Origin: Candidatus Heimdallarchaeota archaeon | Lineage (GTDB): Archaea > Asgardarchaeota > Heimdallarchaeia > Heimdallarchaeales > Heimdallarchaeaceae | Direction: 5' to 3' | Length of the DNA stretch: 64,000 bases | Assembly: GCA_019057815.1 (NCBI GenBank) | Contig: JAHLWR010000010.1 | Location: 73,732-137,731 of the forward strand | Part shown: positions 10,640-21,628 of the stretch, piece after piece | Numbering within the stretch: the first letter of the stretch is position 1 | Layout: each line of letters starts with the position of its first letter | Notes under the pieces: generated by a model | Told to the model about the DNA's origin: nothing | The model's database searches: none | The model's input: the letters and a program-made list of their open reading frames with translations, nothing else | Translations under genes and position numbers: made by a program

Positions 10640-11632
10640 ATGATGGATGAACAAGCTTTCAGAGAGTTTTGTTTTAAAAATAATATAAAGAAAGAAATCA
10701 TTGAAGCAAATTTAATTTTCCTTAGGGAATTTGAGCACTACATCGAAAAAGAATTAGAAAAAAGTGATCTTAAAAAAGTAAGTGTTGACGATTTATCAAG
10801 TTTCATTGAATACATGATAAACTCTAGCAAAAACATTTGGGATAACTTTCTCGCTTTAATTCGCTATTCTTTTCTTACTAAGAGAGAAGATTTGAAAGTC
10901 TTACTTTATGAAATAATTGATGGTTCAGACGTTATGAAGAATTTAGTTGAAGAGCTGAAGGGAGAAGTCGATGAAGAAACCTTAACAACTATAATTGAAG
11001 GAATAGTTTTTCCTCCTTTAGGTTCAAGCTCGAATATCAAAACCAAAGTCACCAAGGAAATAGTTGATGGGTTGGAAGATAATCTAGAAGAAAAACAATG
11101 CAAAAAAATCTTATCTAGTGGTTTACATAGATTAAGTCCAGATACTTTACGGGGGTTAAGAGTAAAATTTCTAGCTGCTGATAATCTTGATGATTTTCTT
11201 ACTAAAAAGCGCCAACAGCTCTTAGAGAATTTGGAGAACCTCTTCAAAGAAGGAACCAAGTTCTTCACTCAAGATGTTGATGAGCATGTAATTGAATATG
11301 TTAAAAATGAACCCACTATTGAAAGTGGTGTTAGACATGGTGACAAAGTTATCATTACTAAAATCCCTTACATGACAATTAATTACTTAAATGAACAAGA
11401 TGAACAATTGAAAAGATACTATTATTGTCATTGTCCTTGGGTGAGGGAAGCTCTTAAAACCGGAGATATAGAAATCTCACCTATGTTCTGTTATTGCAGT
11501 GCAGGATATTACAAACAGCAATGGGACGCGATACTAGATCAATCAGTTAATGTTGAAGTTTTGGAGACCATTCTCAATGGAGATAATAAATGTAAATTTG
11601 CTGTTCATCTACCAAAGAAATTTGTTCCATGA
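10640..11632 (+). CDS. hypothetical protein with C-terminal Cys/His cluster
   Basis: 330 aa. YYYCHCPWVREALKTGDIEISPMFCYCSAGYY near the C-terminus. Confidence 0.45.
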   Translation: MMDEQAFREFCFKNNIKKEIIEANLIFLREFEHYIEKELEKSDLKKVSVDDLSSFIEYMINSSKNIWDNFLALIRYSFLTKREDLKVLLYEIIDGSDVMKNLVEELKGEVDEETLTTIIEGIVFPPLGSSSNIKTKVTKEIVDGLEDNLEEKQCKKILSSGLHRLSPDTLRGLRVKFLAADNLDDFLTKKRQQLLENLENLFKEGTKFFTQDVDEHVIEYVKNEPTIESGVRHGDKVIITKIPYMTINYLNEQDEQLKRYYYCHCPWVREALKTGDIEISPMFCYCSAGYYKQQWDAILDQSVNVEVLETILNGDNKCKFAVHLPKKFVP

Positions 11633-11689
11633 GAAAATTTGTTTGTTCGGTACAGGTTCAAAGAAATGCTTGCAAATTAAATATGGATA

Positions 11690-12007
11690 CTTACGATATA
11701 CTTGATGACCAATTCCTAGATGCTGGGAGATCATGGATTAAACTTTGAGAAGGCAAAATTCAACCTGATAAAATTGGTGTAGGTCAATATACAGGAGAGC
11801 CATGTACACACTATAAGCTCATTCAAGATTTTGCTAGCTTAAATAAAATCGAAGTTCTCGCTTGGGAATCTTGGGGTATTTGTTCTGTTAACAAAAAACT
11901 CACAAAGGAAGAATATGAATTATCAGATCAACTCGCTAGAAATATAGCTAATTCTAGAGATTCAGAGATATTCTTTGAACCAAAAGATGATAGCATTACT
12001 TATGGCT
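11690..12007 (+). pseudogene. frameshifted/degraded gene remnant
   Basis: Two adjacent open frames (MDTYDILDDQFLDAGRSWIKL* then ...EVLAWESWGICSVNKKLTKEEYELSDQLARNIANS...) read like protein but are broken by a stop or frameshift. Confidence 0.25.
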
Positions 12008-12040
12008 AGTTACAGTGCATTTGCAAAGATAAGAATGGAA

Positions 12041-13105
12041 TTAAACACTTTGAAAAATCTCTAACACTTTCTTAAATACAACAACCGCATTTTCAGGTGA
12101 TGTGACATCTTTAATACTCATGACAAAAGTCCTCATTAGAAAAATTTCTGTGTTCATAAGCTTGAATTCATAGCCGTAAGAACCATATTTTTTTCCTACA
12201 AACTTTTCATCTAAAAAAGATTGGACTTTTTCGAAATTGATATCTGGTTTATTTTCTGGCTTTACAATAAATCTCTCTCTTTCGCAGAGTGTCACCACTA
12301 TTAGTTTCCCACAATGTTCTGAATAATATTCGTCACTGATTTCTTCCTCTACATCTTTTGCCTTTTCTGAACAAACTGTACAATCATTTCTCTGTTCAAC
12401 GTTTATAATCTCTGTCTGATAGTCATTAAGATCCAAAAAAAGCAGTTTACCTTCCAAAAGAGGTTTTTCTCCAGTCAAAATTCTAATTGCTTCATTTACT
12501 TGAATACTAGCAACTTGGGCAAGTATTGAAGAACTTACACCAGCAGTTTCACAGGTAGGTAGACCTTCATCGACTATTTGATCGAAAAAGCAATTAAAAC
12601 ACGGTGTGTTTTCTCTGAATGTTATAGTCATGACGTTTCCAGTTGTTCCTAAAGCTCCTCCAAAAACCCAGGGAATATTAAGTTGATAAGCTGTTTTATT
12701 GAGAATCTTCCTCGCTTGAAAGTTATCTAATCCATCAACTATTATTCTGCTTCCTTGTAAAATTCTTTCTGAATTAGAAGAATCAAAAAACTCTGTAAAT
12801 GTTTCAATCTTAACAAATGGATTTCTTTCCTTTAAGAATTTCTTTGCTACCTCTACTTTTGCATCACCCACATCTTTGATGAAGAAGAGCTTTTGCCTTG
12901 GAAGATTGTGATATTCAATTATATCTCTATCAACTAATCTAAGTTTTCCTATTCCTAAAGATAACAATTGCTCTGTTGATACAGTTCCTAATCCTCCCAC
13001 ACCGATAATTGTTACTAACTCTTCTTGAAGTGATTTTAATTTTTCATGTGTTATAAAAGGTAATGGTAAAACTCTAGAATAATAGGATGCTAAATCATCA
13101 GTCAT
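12041..13105 (-). CDS. ThiF/MoeB/HesA-family E1-like adenylyltransferase with C-terminal extension
   Basis: IIGVGGLGTVSTEQLLSLGIGKLRLVDRD is a Rossmann motif. A CFNCF...CTVC zinc motif follows. An ~90-aa extra C-terminal domain. Confidence 0.8.
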   Translation of the reverse strand: MTDDLASYYSRVLPLPFITHEKLKSLQEELVTIIGVGGLGTVSTEQLLSLGIGKLRLVDRDIIEYHNLPRQKLFFIKDVGDAKVEVAKKFLKERNPFVKIETFTEFFDSSNSERILQGSRIIVDGLDNFQARKILNKTAYQLNIPWVFGGALGTTGNVMTITFRENTPCFNCFFDQIVDEGLPTCETAGVSSSILAQVASIQVNEAIRILTGEKPLLEGKLLFLDLNDYQTEIINVEQRNDCTVCSEKAKDVEEEISDEYYSEHCGKLIVVTLCERERFIVKPENKPDINFEKVQSFLDEKFVGKKYGSYGYEFKLMNTEIFLMRTFVMSIKDVTSPENAVVVFKKVLEIFQSV

Positions 13106-13185
13106 TATACTAACATGAAGTCTTTCTCTTTTTATTGTTTCTTATTAAATGTATTCTTGCATAGATATTGTTAAAGATAGATTGT

Positions 13186-13300
13186 TACACACGTTATGAA
13201 ACTTGGTTAAACTTGCCAGAGGTTTTCTAATCGTCGTTTGAAGGGAGTTTCAACCTTGACCCCTCTCGTGCGTTGAGGGGTAGTCATGAAGACTTTTCCG
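13186..13300 (+). repeat. ~110-nt GC-rich structured element, copy A (candidate small RNA / miniature repeat)
   Basis: About 85% identical to 19858-19972. Contains a perfect hairpin acccctc-N9-gaggggt. Confidence 0.6.
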
Positions 13301-13361
13301 TTATAGTTAGTACGTCATCATCATAGTAGAAATTATCAAACAAAAAAAGATAGAAGATGTT

Positions 13362-13826
13362 CTAGTTTAGTTGATTACCACAATTTATACAAAATCTCAT
13401 CTCTACATTAACCTTCATACCACAGTAATCACAAAACTGAGCTGTACTAACTACGCTTTGAACAGGTCTCTGTTCTTGAACAACTTCCTTCTCTAGGTTT
13501 TTCCAGAAGGGATTCTCTGTGGGTCTGTAGGTTTTATTTTTTCTGTTCTGATAGTGTTGAGCTCTTCTGTACCTTGCTCTCCTTCTTGCTGAAGAAACAA
13601 TAGCTGCAACTAATAGAAACACCAATATTGTACCTATAGTTGAAAAAGGCCAATAGATAAATCTAAGGTATCCAGTAAAGAACCCTAAGAATACCACTAT
13701 TCCAAATATTAACAGTAAAAAAGCTGCCAATCCACCAAAACGATTTCTGTGTCTATAATTATTTCTGTGCATCTCTAAGTAAACTTGTACATAGAAGTTT
13801 ATAAACCAAATCAAATGATTATGCAA
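13362..13826 (-). CDS. membrane protein with C-terminal zinc-ribbon
   Basis: Two TM helices. CDYCGMKVNVEMRFCINCG at the C-terminus. Confidence 0.5.
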   Translation of the reverse strand: MHNHLIWFINFYVQVYLEMHRNNYRHRNRFGGLAAFLLLIFGIVVFLGFFTGYLRFIYWPFSTIGTILVFLLVAAIVSSARRRARYRRAQHYQNRKNKTYRPTENPFWKNLEKEVVQEQRPVQSVVSTAQFCDYCGMKVNVEMRFCINCGNQLN

Positions 13827-13996
13827 GATCCTTCAGAGACAGGTGTTTTTTATGACTTCTTCTCTACTGAAACAAAGGGAATTCTGATATGTTTGGTTAA
13901 ATCTTTCCTGGATCTATTAGATGACTTAACTTCAACAGATTTTTTACAAACGCTTTTAATATAAGATTCTCAAACCAAGTTTGAAGGTTAAAAAAG

Positions 13997-15034
13997 ATGG
14001 ATTATCAAATCATTGAATTTGAACCTAAAGAAGCTCCTGAAGATTTCTGGGATGGTTATTTCCAATTTACTGAAGCTAATTTCAAATATCACAATCCTAA
14101 TGATCCTCTTCCTAGTAGAGAAGCTACCATTCAACGTCAAAAAGCTGACATACCCGATTTTCACGTGAAGCGTTGGCTTGTTATTACTCCTGAAGGTAAA
14201 ATCATTGCTTGGGCGGGTTTTGGAGCAGTAAAAGAATCTTCTTCAGACTATGAGGAAAACAAACATTTAGCTTCTATAAATATCATTGTTTTACACGATT
14301 ATCAACGTAAAGGAATAGGTACAGAATTACTCAAAGTTCTATTTAAGGAAACACAATCCCTTGGTAGAACAGTTATAGAAACTGGTTCTAATAATGATTT
14401 TGGCAAAGCTTTCTTGAAGCATTTTGGAGCTCAATTAACTATTGAAGGATCAGAGAATCGTTTGAATCTCGAAGAAGTCGATTGGGAATTGATGCAATCT
14501 TGGGTTGATGAAGGTCCAAAAAGAGCTAAAGATGTAACCCTAGAGTCTTTTTCTGTTTGTCCTGAAGAGTTCTTAGAAGAATATGCTGAGATGTATACTG
14601 AAGCTTTGAATATGCAACCTCTTGGAGAAAGTGAACATAGAGCTAATATTGATGGTAAAGCTCGTCGTCAAACAGAAAAAAGAACTAAAGAAATAGGACA
14701 AATCAATTACACTCTCATCTCTAGAGAGAAAAATGGAAGAATTTCTGGAATGACAGAGATTTATTACGACCCCAGAGATGCACATGTTATACACCAAGAA
14801 CTCACAGGCGTTCGTCCTGAATTCAGGGGGAAAGGGCTAGGGAAGTGGTTAAAGGCAAAAATGATCCTTTATATAAGAGAGACTTATCCTGAAGCGCAAC
14901 GAGTATTAACTGGCAATGCGGAAACAAATGCACCAATGCTTTCAATTAACGAACGAATGGGTTTCAAAAAACACAAAGGTGGAGAAGGTTACAAGTTTCA
15001 AGTGGAAGAATTGGCTAAGAAATTGGAAATCTAA
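13997..15034 (+). CDS. tandem GNAT-family N-acetyltransferase
   Basis: Two acetyl-CoA binding motifs: QRKGIGTELL and RGKGLGKWL. Confidence 0.75.
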   Translation: MDYQIIEFEPKEAPEDFWDGYFQFTEANFKYHNPNDPLPSREATIQRQKADIPDFHVKRWLVITPEGKIIAWAGFGAVKESSSDYEENKHLASINIIVLHDYQRKGIGTELLKVLFKETQSLGRTVIETGSNNDFGKAFLKHFGAQLTIEGSENRLNLEEVDWELMQSWVDEGPKRAKDVTLESFSVCPEEFLEEYAEMYTEALNMQPLGESEHRANIDGKARRQTEKRTKEIGQINYTLISREKNGRISGMTEIYYDPRDAHVIHQELTGVRPEFRGKGLGKWLKAKMILYIRETYPEAQRVLTGNAETNAPMLSINERMGFKKHKGGEGYKFQVEELAKKLEI

Positions 15035-15163
15035 TACTTTTTGATTTTCACTGCATGCGATTGAATTTTCGCTATATCAATCAAAAAAGTATACGACGAG
15101 ATTAATTGACCTATTGAGATCTGTTAAAATACAACATTTGGAGTGAATAAAAGAGTTGCTCCT

Positions 15164-15709
15164 TCAGAAGAGATGAGAAAAATCCTTTTCTCCTGCTTTT
15201 ATTTCTATATTTAACCAGTTTTCTGGTGGAATAAAAGGACAGACATAATTTTCACTATATGCACAAAAAGGATTATATGCTTGATTAAAATCTACAATCC
15301 ACTTCCCTTCCATTTCATTTATTCCGCTTAAATCTATGTATCTTCCCGCTCCATATGTTTCTTTCCCATTCGTTTGATCTTTGAATGGAAGCCACAAGCT
15401 TTCCTCACTTTTTTCTCTTTTATATGCTTGTAATGTCACCATGTCACCATTTATTTCAAATTGAAATGCTCCCCATCTGAGATATTTTTGATCTTGTCCT
15501 TTATTGTCACCTATAGTTATTATTTCCTTTTTCTCATGTTCTTGCAATTCAGCGGTAAATATCATTGAAGAATCAATCGGATAATAATTTAGACCTTTGA
15601 ACCTATCCCTTTTATCGAATGGAATGGGGGAGTGTGGATGGTGCTTGAAAAAACTATCTTTTTCTTTTCTTTGCTGTGCTAAATTTTTTTCATAACCTTT
15701 TTTGTCCAT
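15164..15709 (-). CDS. DUF1684-domain protein
   Basis: 181 aa. The N-terminus RKEKDSFFKHHPHSPIP... has the pattern recalled for DUF1684. Confidence 0.5.
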   Translation of the reverse strand: MDKKGYEKNLAQQRKEKDSFFKHHPHSPIPFDKRDRFKGLNYYPIDSSMIFTAELQEHEKKEIITIGDNKGQDQKYLRWGAFQFEINGDMVTLQAYKREKSEESLWLPFKDQTNGKETYGAGRYIDLSGINEMEGKWIVDFNQAYNPFCAYSENYVCPFIPPENWLNIEIKAGEKDFSHLF

Positions 15710-15926
15710 TTAAATAACCTTGGTACCAATTAACCATTTAGTCTCATTTTTATCATGTTCTTAAAACCTTTCATTGACTGAAAGTAGACAGGAATGTTTT
15801 CAAAGATGTTTAAAATAGATTTAGACAAATTCTCTTCCTACAAAGTTTCAAATTTCAGAGTATACTAATGTTTTATCGACAATATTATCTTTGTAATTCT
15901 ATTTTCAATTAATTGTAATACACTTT

Positions 15927-16697
15927 TCACAGTTTGTTTTTCAACAATTCATTTATTCTCCCGTTAGGAAGCATATAATCTGAATGATACTCTCCTTTTT
16001 CTTCCATTTGATAACGTTTACAGCTTTCCCAATCTCCTTTGCAATACTTCGCTATCCACTTTTCTTCTAGTAATCCTTTCTCGTAGAATCTTTTTAATGG
16101 GCATGTAAGAAACCATTTACAATCTGTTATTACTACTTGTAATTTCTTATAATCTTTGATCATTTTTTCTCTTAACGAATCATTGTGAAGAATAGAAGCT
16201 GGATGTCCTAGAGGGAGAATCTTTTTGTTTGCTACTATAAATAATTTTCCAAAAATTTCTGAGATTCCTTTTCTAGATTGTGGAAATGGTATTGAGTATT
16301 CCTTAAAAATATATTTTGTTGAATAATAACCTAGAGTAGAAATTATACTTGGATTAATAATTCTTATCTCTTCGTCTAAATAGCTACTACAGGCTTCAAT
16401 CTCTTCTTGCTTAGGTTTTCTATTTCTTGGTAACATGCATTTAACGAGATTTGTCATATAGATTTCTTCTCTTGTGATTTTAGTATGTTTTAGTAGTTCT
16501 TCTAACACTTCTCCTGAAGGACCAATAAACATTGTTCCTTCTTTATCTTCCTTTTCACCTGGAGCTTGAGCAATGAGCATTAATTTGGAATTATTATCTC
16601 CCATCCCACACACCACTTTTGTTCTACTTTTCCAGAGACTACATTTTTTGCAATTCATTATTTCTTTGTTTAATTCTTGTATTTCCTTTATCATCAA
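15927..16697 (-). CDS. uracil-DNA glycosylase, family 4-like, with Cys-rich C-terminal extension
   Basis: CKKCSL ... LIAQAPGEKEDKEGTMFIGPSG matches the family 4/5 UDG motifs. Extra C-terminal CKWFLTCP...CKGDWESC. Confidence 0.7.
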   Translation of the reverse strand: MMIKEIQELNKEIMNCKKCSLWKSRTKVVCGMGDNNSKLMLIAQAPGEKEDKEGTMFIGPSGEVLEELLKHTKITREEIYMTNLVKCMLPRNRKPKQEEIEACSSYLDEEIRIINPSIISTLGYYSTKYIFKEYSIPFPQSRKGISEIFGKLFIVANKKILPLGHPASILHNDSLREKMIKDYKKLQVVITDCKWFLTCPLKRFYEKGLLEEKWIAKYCKGDWESCKRYQMEEKGEYHSDYMLPNGRINELLKNKL

Positions 16698-16883
16698 ACT
16701 ACAATCTCTTTTTCTATCTCGTTAGATATTCTTCTATTACCAACTAGAACTAGTCTCTCTCAAAAATATTTCCCACATAGTTTATTCAAAAGCACTTACC
16801 CTTCCTAAAGCAATTTGACTTCTGCTATCTTCAGTTAATTTTTAGGATATCTTTTTAATTTCTTACTATTTCTAGACACACCC

Positions 16884-17378
16884 ATGAAATCTCTGGATAC
16901 TTCCATTATTGAAGCTCTTGATCATCCTTCTACATTGAAGCTCTTTCTTTTTGCTAGATCAATGTATCCTGAAGATTTTGGTGTCCGTGAAGCAAAACGT
17001 AAACTAGAATTTAATAGCCCTAGCACAGTTTTATGGCATTTAGATAAATTGACAGAAGCTAATTTGATTGAGAAGCTCCCTACCAACCGATATAAACTTG
17101 TTAAAACGGGTTTAGATATTAAAGAAATTAACGTTCCTATCAAATTTTCAGCTCAAATAATCAAGGGAGAACTCATTCCAAGAAGGATATTCCTGATCTC
17201 GCTTCTCTTAACTGCATTTATTGTTACATTTGTTTTTATTTTTATAAATCCACTAGTTGCTTCAATTAATGGAGCAGTTTTTTTAGGTTTAAGCTGTATT
17301 TTATATGTTCTAAACTTCTTATCTATTAAAAAGCAACTTTCTTTTTATAGCTGGGAAAAGGATGAAAATCAGAAATGA
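16884..17378 (+). CDS. membrane-anchored winged-helix protein
   Basis: N-terminal wHTH (VLWHLDKLTEANLIEKL) and two C-terminal TM helices. Confidence 0.5.
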   Translation: MKSLDTSIIEALDHPSTLKLFLFARSMYPEDFGVREAKRKLEFNSPSTVLWHLDKLTEANLIEKLPTNRYKLVKTGLDIKEINVPIKFSAQIIKGELIPRRIFLISLLLTAFIVTFVFIFINPLVASINGAVFLGLSCILYVLNFLSIKKQLSFYSWEKDENQK

Positions 17379-17503
17379 TTGGAGAACTTTTTTTCCCTGT
17401 TCTAGTACTCAAACACATCCTCTAAGAGTGCTATCAAATGCTGTTAGAGTTGTTCGAGTTCTAGATTTATAATAGGCTTATTCTATAATTATATTGGTAA
17501 ATT

Positions 17504-19735
17504 ATGAATATCTTAAAACCTAAGAGACCTGTTCTTACAGGAATTATTTCCGCTTTAATGATTAGTTCGCTGGTTATAGGTGGGTTCTATCTTTCCCCCT
17601 ATATTTACTCAATTTTCAATCCTTATGATTTTCGAGATGAGGTACAACTTCCAGAAAATATCAAGAACTCTTTCAGTACCTATGAATTACAATACTATAA
17701 TTATACACCCTCAATAATACCAACTCCTATAGCTTCTGTTTTAACAAATGTAGATCTTCAAGGATTAGAGGATGAAATAGATGAGACTATGATCCAACAA
17801 CTAGAAAAATATGGTTTTACTATTGTAGACGGGGGAATAGAAGACATATACTATCCTATGGATTATGACTTCAATTTAGAAACTCCCATGTATGTTTCAA
17901 CAGATTTATGCCTTCATACATTACATTCAATTTTCGATAATTGTTTAAGAGCTATGGAGCTAAATTATTTCTATGGTAATTTTAGCTTAATGGCTGAAGC
18001 TCTCAGAAATGATCAAATCGATTTGTACACAATTAATTTCGATACAAATATCAAAGAATCTCTAAAATATAACATCGCATACCTTACTGTTTTAATGTAT
18101 ATGTTGGATAATTCTACTTCTATTCCTTCATATGTCTATTCTCTTGTTTCTGAGGAATTAGAAAATATTGAGCAAGGTGAAAGAGCTTTCTCTCCGATTT
18201 TCGAATACGAGGAAGATTTTTCCCAATATAAAGTTAGAGGTCACTATACACGAAATGATGCTTTTAAGCGCTATTTCAAAGCTATGATGTATGCAGGAAG
18301 AATGGGTTTCATGGTGTCTGATCAAACAACAAATAATACTTTAGGTATCAAACAAACAAGAATGGCTTTATCACTTGTTTATTCGTTCTCTATCGATATT
18401 GATGACAAAACAGTTTGGGATCATTGGGATAGTATTTGTAGAACCACTAATTTCCTTGTTGGAGGAAGCGATGATCTTACCCCTAGTGATTATTTTTCAG
18501 TTTGGGAGCAACAAGGCAATCTTGAATTTTCGGAATTGATTGATGATGCTTTTATTGATGAAATAATCGATTCACTTAAGGAACTGAGAACGTCAAAAAT
18601 TAATTCCCGTTATGTTGCATCATTTGAAGGTCAAGAGAATGCAACTAAGGGATTTAGACTTTTTGGGCAAAGCTATACACCTGATGCTTATATCTTTCAA
18701 GAGCTAGTCTTTGATAATTTAGCTAACCGTTTATTCCCTAAAGCTTTAGATATTTTCTCAGTTTTTGGAAGTGAGAGAGCAGAATATCATCTTGCATCTG
18801 AAAAGGAGTTTGAAGGATATGAAGAGAAAATTGTTGAACTAAGAAACGAGTTCTCCAATTTATCAGTTTCTTACTGGACTCAAAATGTTTATTGGCAATG
18901 GTTGTTTTCGTTACTACCTTTATTAGAAGTTAAAGAAGAGGGTTATCCTGGATACATGCAATCTGATGCTTGGACTGACAAATCTCTGATGACTTCTTTA
19001 GCAAGTTGGGTAGAATTGAAACATGATACTATTCTTTATTCAAAGCAAGCTGTCTGTGCAAGTGGAATGAGCGACCTAATATATCACTATGTTGAACCTT
19101 ACCCTCAAGTTTATTCTAGAATTTCAGCTACTGCAAAGATGTTAAAAGAAGGATTGCAAGCAAGAGGAGTACTGTACGAAGGAAATTCTGAAAGTAACTA
19201 TGAACAAATACGCAGTAATTTTACTAGGAAATTTGATGAAATGATAAATATATTCGACACATTAGCGGAAATAAGCATAAAAGAGCTGGAAAACAAGGAA
19301 TTAACATCTCAAGAGCTTAAATTTATTCATCATGTTGGTAAAGATTTATTGTATATTTCGTTAATTACAACTGCTAATGGTGATGATTTTACTAGTGAAG
19401 CTGATAAACGAACTGCTCTAATAGCTGATGTATTTACAGATCCTAATACAAATCAAGTACTGGAAGTAGCAGTGGGAAATCCATTTTTGATCTATGTTAT
19501 TGTACAAGATCATGCAGGACAATTGTATCTTACTAGGGGAGTAACTCTTTCTTACTACGAATTCAAGCAACCCTATAATGAACGCTTAACAGACGAAGAA
19601 TGGCAATTTATGCTAGATTCATCTCCACCTGATTTTCCTGAGTGGATATCAGAGAATATTCCTTTAAACACAATTAAGGGAATATCTCCGATAAAAGTAT
19701 TTGCTATATATGTTAATCGAACCAGAATGGAGTAA
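17504..19735 (+). CDS. large membrane-anchored/exported protein of unknown function
   Basis: 743 aa with an N-terminal signal anchor. Its last ~165 codons are duplicated at 23509-24003. Confidence 0.6.
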   Translation: MNILKPKRPVLTGIISALMISSLVIGGFYLSPYIYSIFNPYDFRDEVQLPENIKNSFSTYELQYYNYTPSIIPTPIASVLTNVDLQGLEDEIDETMIQQLEKYGFTIVDGGIEDIYYPMDYDFNLETPMYVSTDLCLHTLHSIFDNCLRAMELNYFYGNFSLMAEALRNDQIDLYTINFDTNIKESLKYNIAYLTVLMYMLDNSTSIPSYVYSLVSEELENIEQGERAFSPIFEYEEDFSQYKVRGHYTRNDAFKRYFKAMMYAGRMGFMVSDQTTNNTLGIKQTRMALSLVYSFSIDIDDKTVWDHWDSICRTTNFLVGGSDDLTPSDYFSVWEQQGNLEFSELIDDAFIDEIIDSLKELRTSKINSRYVASFEGQENATKGFRLFGQSYTPDAYIFQELVFDNLANRLFPKALDIFSVFGSERAEYHLASEKEFEGYEEKIVELRNEFSNLSVSYWTQNVYWQWLFSLLPLLEVKEEGYPGYMQSDAWTDKSLMTSLASWVELKHDTILYSKQAVCASGMSDLIYHYVEPYPQVYSRISATAKMLKEGLQARGVLYEGNSESNYEQIRSNFTRKFDEMINIFDTLAEISIKELENKELTSQELKFIHHVGKDLLYISLITTANGDDFTSEADKRTALIADVFTDPNTNQVLEVAVGNPFLIYVIVQDHAGQLYLTRGVTLSYYEFKQPYNERLTDEEWQFMLDSSPPDFPEWISENIPLNTIKGISPIKVFAIYVNRTRME

Positions 19736-19790
19736 AATTTTCCTTTTTTTTTATTGTTAATACATTTTTCATCTCCCACATTATATTGAG
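19240..19790. repeat. ~550-bp direct repeat copy A (3' end of 17504-19735 plus downstream), partner 23506-24050
   Basis: About 95% nt identity, including the downstream ttttcctttttttattgtt.atacatttttcatctccca. Confidence 0.8.
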
Positions 19791-19857
19791 GTACTTTAAG
19801 GATTTTTTCCATAATAACAAAAGTTTCTGAAACATTGATTTCGCAGCTCACTGCCAG

Positions 19858-19972
19858 TAACGCACGTTATGAAACTTGGTTAAACTTACCATAGGTGATC
19901 TAACTGTCGTTTGGTAGGGGTTTCACCCTTGACCCCTCACGTGCGTTGAGGGGTGGTCATGAAAAGACACGC
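19858..19972 (+). repeat. ~110-nt GC-rich structured element, copy B
   Basis: See 13186-13300. Confidence 0.6.
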
Positions 19973-20206
19973 ATAATAAAACTAGAAAATGTAAAACTAA
20001 TATACATTGATGATGTTCTTACGAACATATATTACTTAGGAAGGGAAAACACAAACTTGAGAACTTGGATATACAAACGTTCTTGAGAAGTAGGAACAGC
20101 TACAGAATCGAGATTTCCTTCGATTTTTATCAAATTGGAAATAATCATCTATTGATGATGCAAATCTGATATAAAAGTTTTTTAGGTATACAATTTTATA
20201 TTTCAT

Positions 20207-21628
20207 ATGCCCTTTGATAATAACTCACGCAAAGGTTCTTCTAGCAAGACATCTGAATTATCCAAAAAAAAATTCTATAGTTCAGACATTGATGATGGAC
20301 ATGTTATGCTCTTCTATCTTCTTCGTACTCGCCATCATGCTTTGCAACATCTCTTTTTATTTGATTTATGGCTATTTGGTTTAAAGGATTCACAATTTTT
20401 TAAACATTATTCGATTAAAGAGTTACGTAGGCAGTTAGACGCAGATTTTCCTTTTATTAAACCTATTTCTCAAAAACAATGGATCCAACGATTTAGTCAG
20501 GGTATTGCCATTTCTAGAGCTCTAAACATATCTTTTCCTCCTGAAGTTGACCTGCTTCTCAAGCGTTTTAATATTCCATCGAAAACTGATCCTAATAAGC
20601 TTTTCAAATGTTTTTCTTGTAATGAGGTTTTTCTTTCAAAGAAACAACATCAAACTATCCTCTCTATTTCTCATAATTCCTTATCAAGCAACCTTTCTAT
20701 TGTTGAACGTCCTTATATGATGTGCAAGGATTGTTCTTCAAGAATTTCTTCAGATACTGCTAAATCTCTCACTACAAATCCTTACATCCTAATTCAAAAT
20801 TGGAAACTTCCCCGCTTATCTGATAAAAAACTTGCAGAAATAAGTGTGGAAATTATAAGTAGAGATGAAGAAAACATTACTAATGGTCTAAGCTTTGATA
20901 AATTCTTGGAACAAAAAGAGAAAGAATATACAGCACTTATCGATGAGTTCCATGATTATCTTACAAAGAATAAAATTAAAACTAAGGCTTGTAGAGATGA
21001 CTATTGCTGGTTATGTCACACCTTTCTAATGATGGCAGCAGAACGTTACAAACTTCCTTTAGAACTTTTACATGAAGAAGCCATTAGTGAGATTCTCTTT
21101 GAAACCTTTCTGAGAAAAATTTCAGCACCTCAAAAAACTAGAGAGAGATTATTAGATGCATTATTACATCTTTCTGATTTTCTTCTAACGAAGAATATTC
21201 TTGATGTTGAGATTCTCAATTTCATTAAGTCTCTTAAGAAAGATAAAAAACTATTTATTCAACAGGTACGAAGCAATAAAGGCGGAGAATTTTTCTGGGA
21301 AACAGATCCGGAGTGGATAAATAATTATGTTGAATGGGCTACAAATAAAAATTTGTTGACTTTCGCATATCAAATTAATAATGAACCTAAAGAAGAATTT
21401 ATAGGTTTCTTAGAAAAAGCTTTAGAGTATATAATGCTTAGAGAATTCACTCAAAAAAGACGAGAATTGCTTAAAAAAGGAATTACTGATAAATATGAAT
21501 TAAGATCGGCGTTATTACAATTCCAAAAAGAGTGGATGGAGTCACCAAAAGAGTTGTTTAATGGTTATTCGTCTATTGATCTAATTCTATTGGAAAGAAA
21601 AGAGAGAAAAAAAAAGGAGTATAATTAA
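20207..21628 (+). CDS. hypothetical protein
   Basis: 473-aa ORF with no recognisable motifs. Confidence 0.45.
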   Translation: MPFDNNSRKGSSSKTSELSKKKFYSSDIDDGHVMLFYLLRTRHHALQHLFLFDLWLFGLKDSQFFKHYSIKELRRQLDADFPFIKPISQKQWIQRFSQGIAISRALNISFPPEVDLLLKRFNIPSKTDPNKLFKCFSCNEVFLSKKQHQTILSISHNSLSSNLSIVERPYMMCKDCSSRISSDTAKSLTTNPYILIQNWKLPRLSDKKLAEISVEIISRDEENITNGLSFDKFLEQKEKEYTALIDEFHDYLTKNKIKTKACRDDYCWLCHTFLMMAAERYKLPLELLHEEAISEILFETFLRKISAPQKTRERLLDALLHLSDFLLTKNILDVEILNFIKSLKKDKKLFIQQVRSNKGGEFFWETDPEWINNYVEWATNKNLLTFAYQINNEPKEEFIGFLEKALEYIMLREFTQKRRELLKKGITDKYELRSALLQFQKEWMESPKELFNGYSSIDLILLERKERKKKEYN

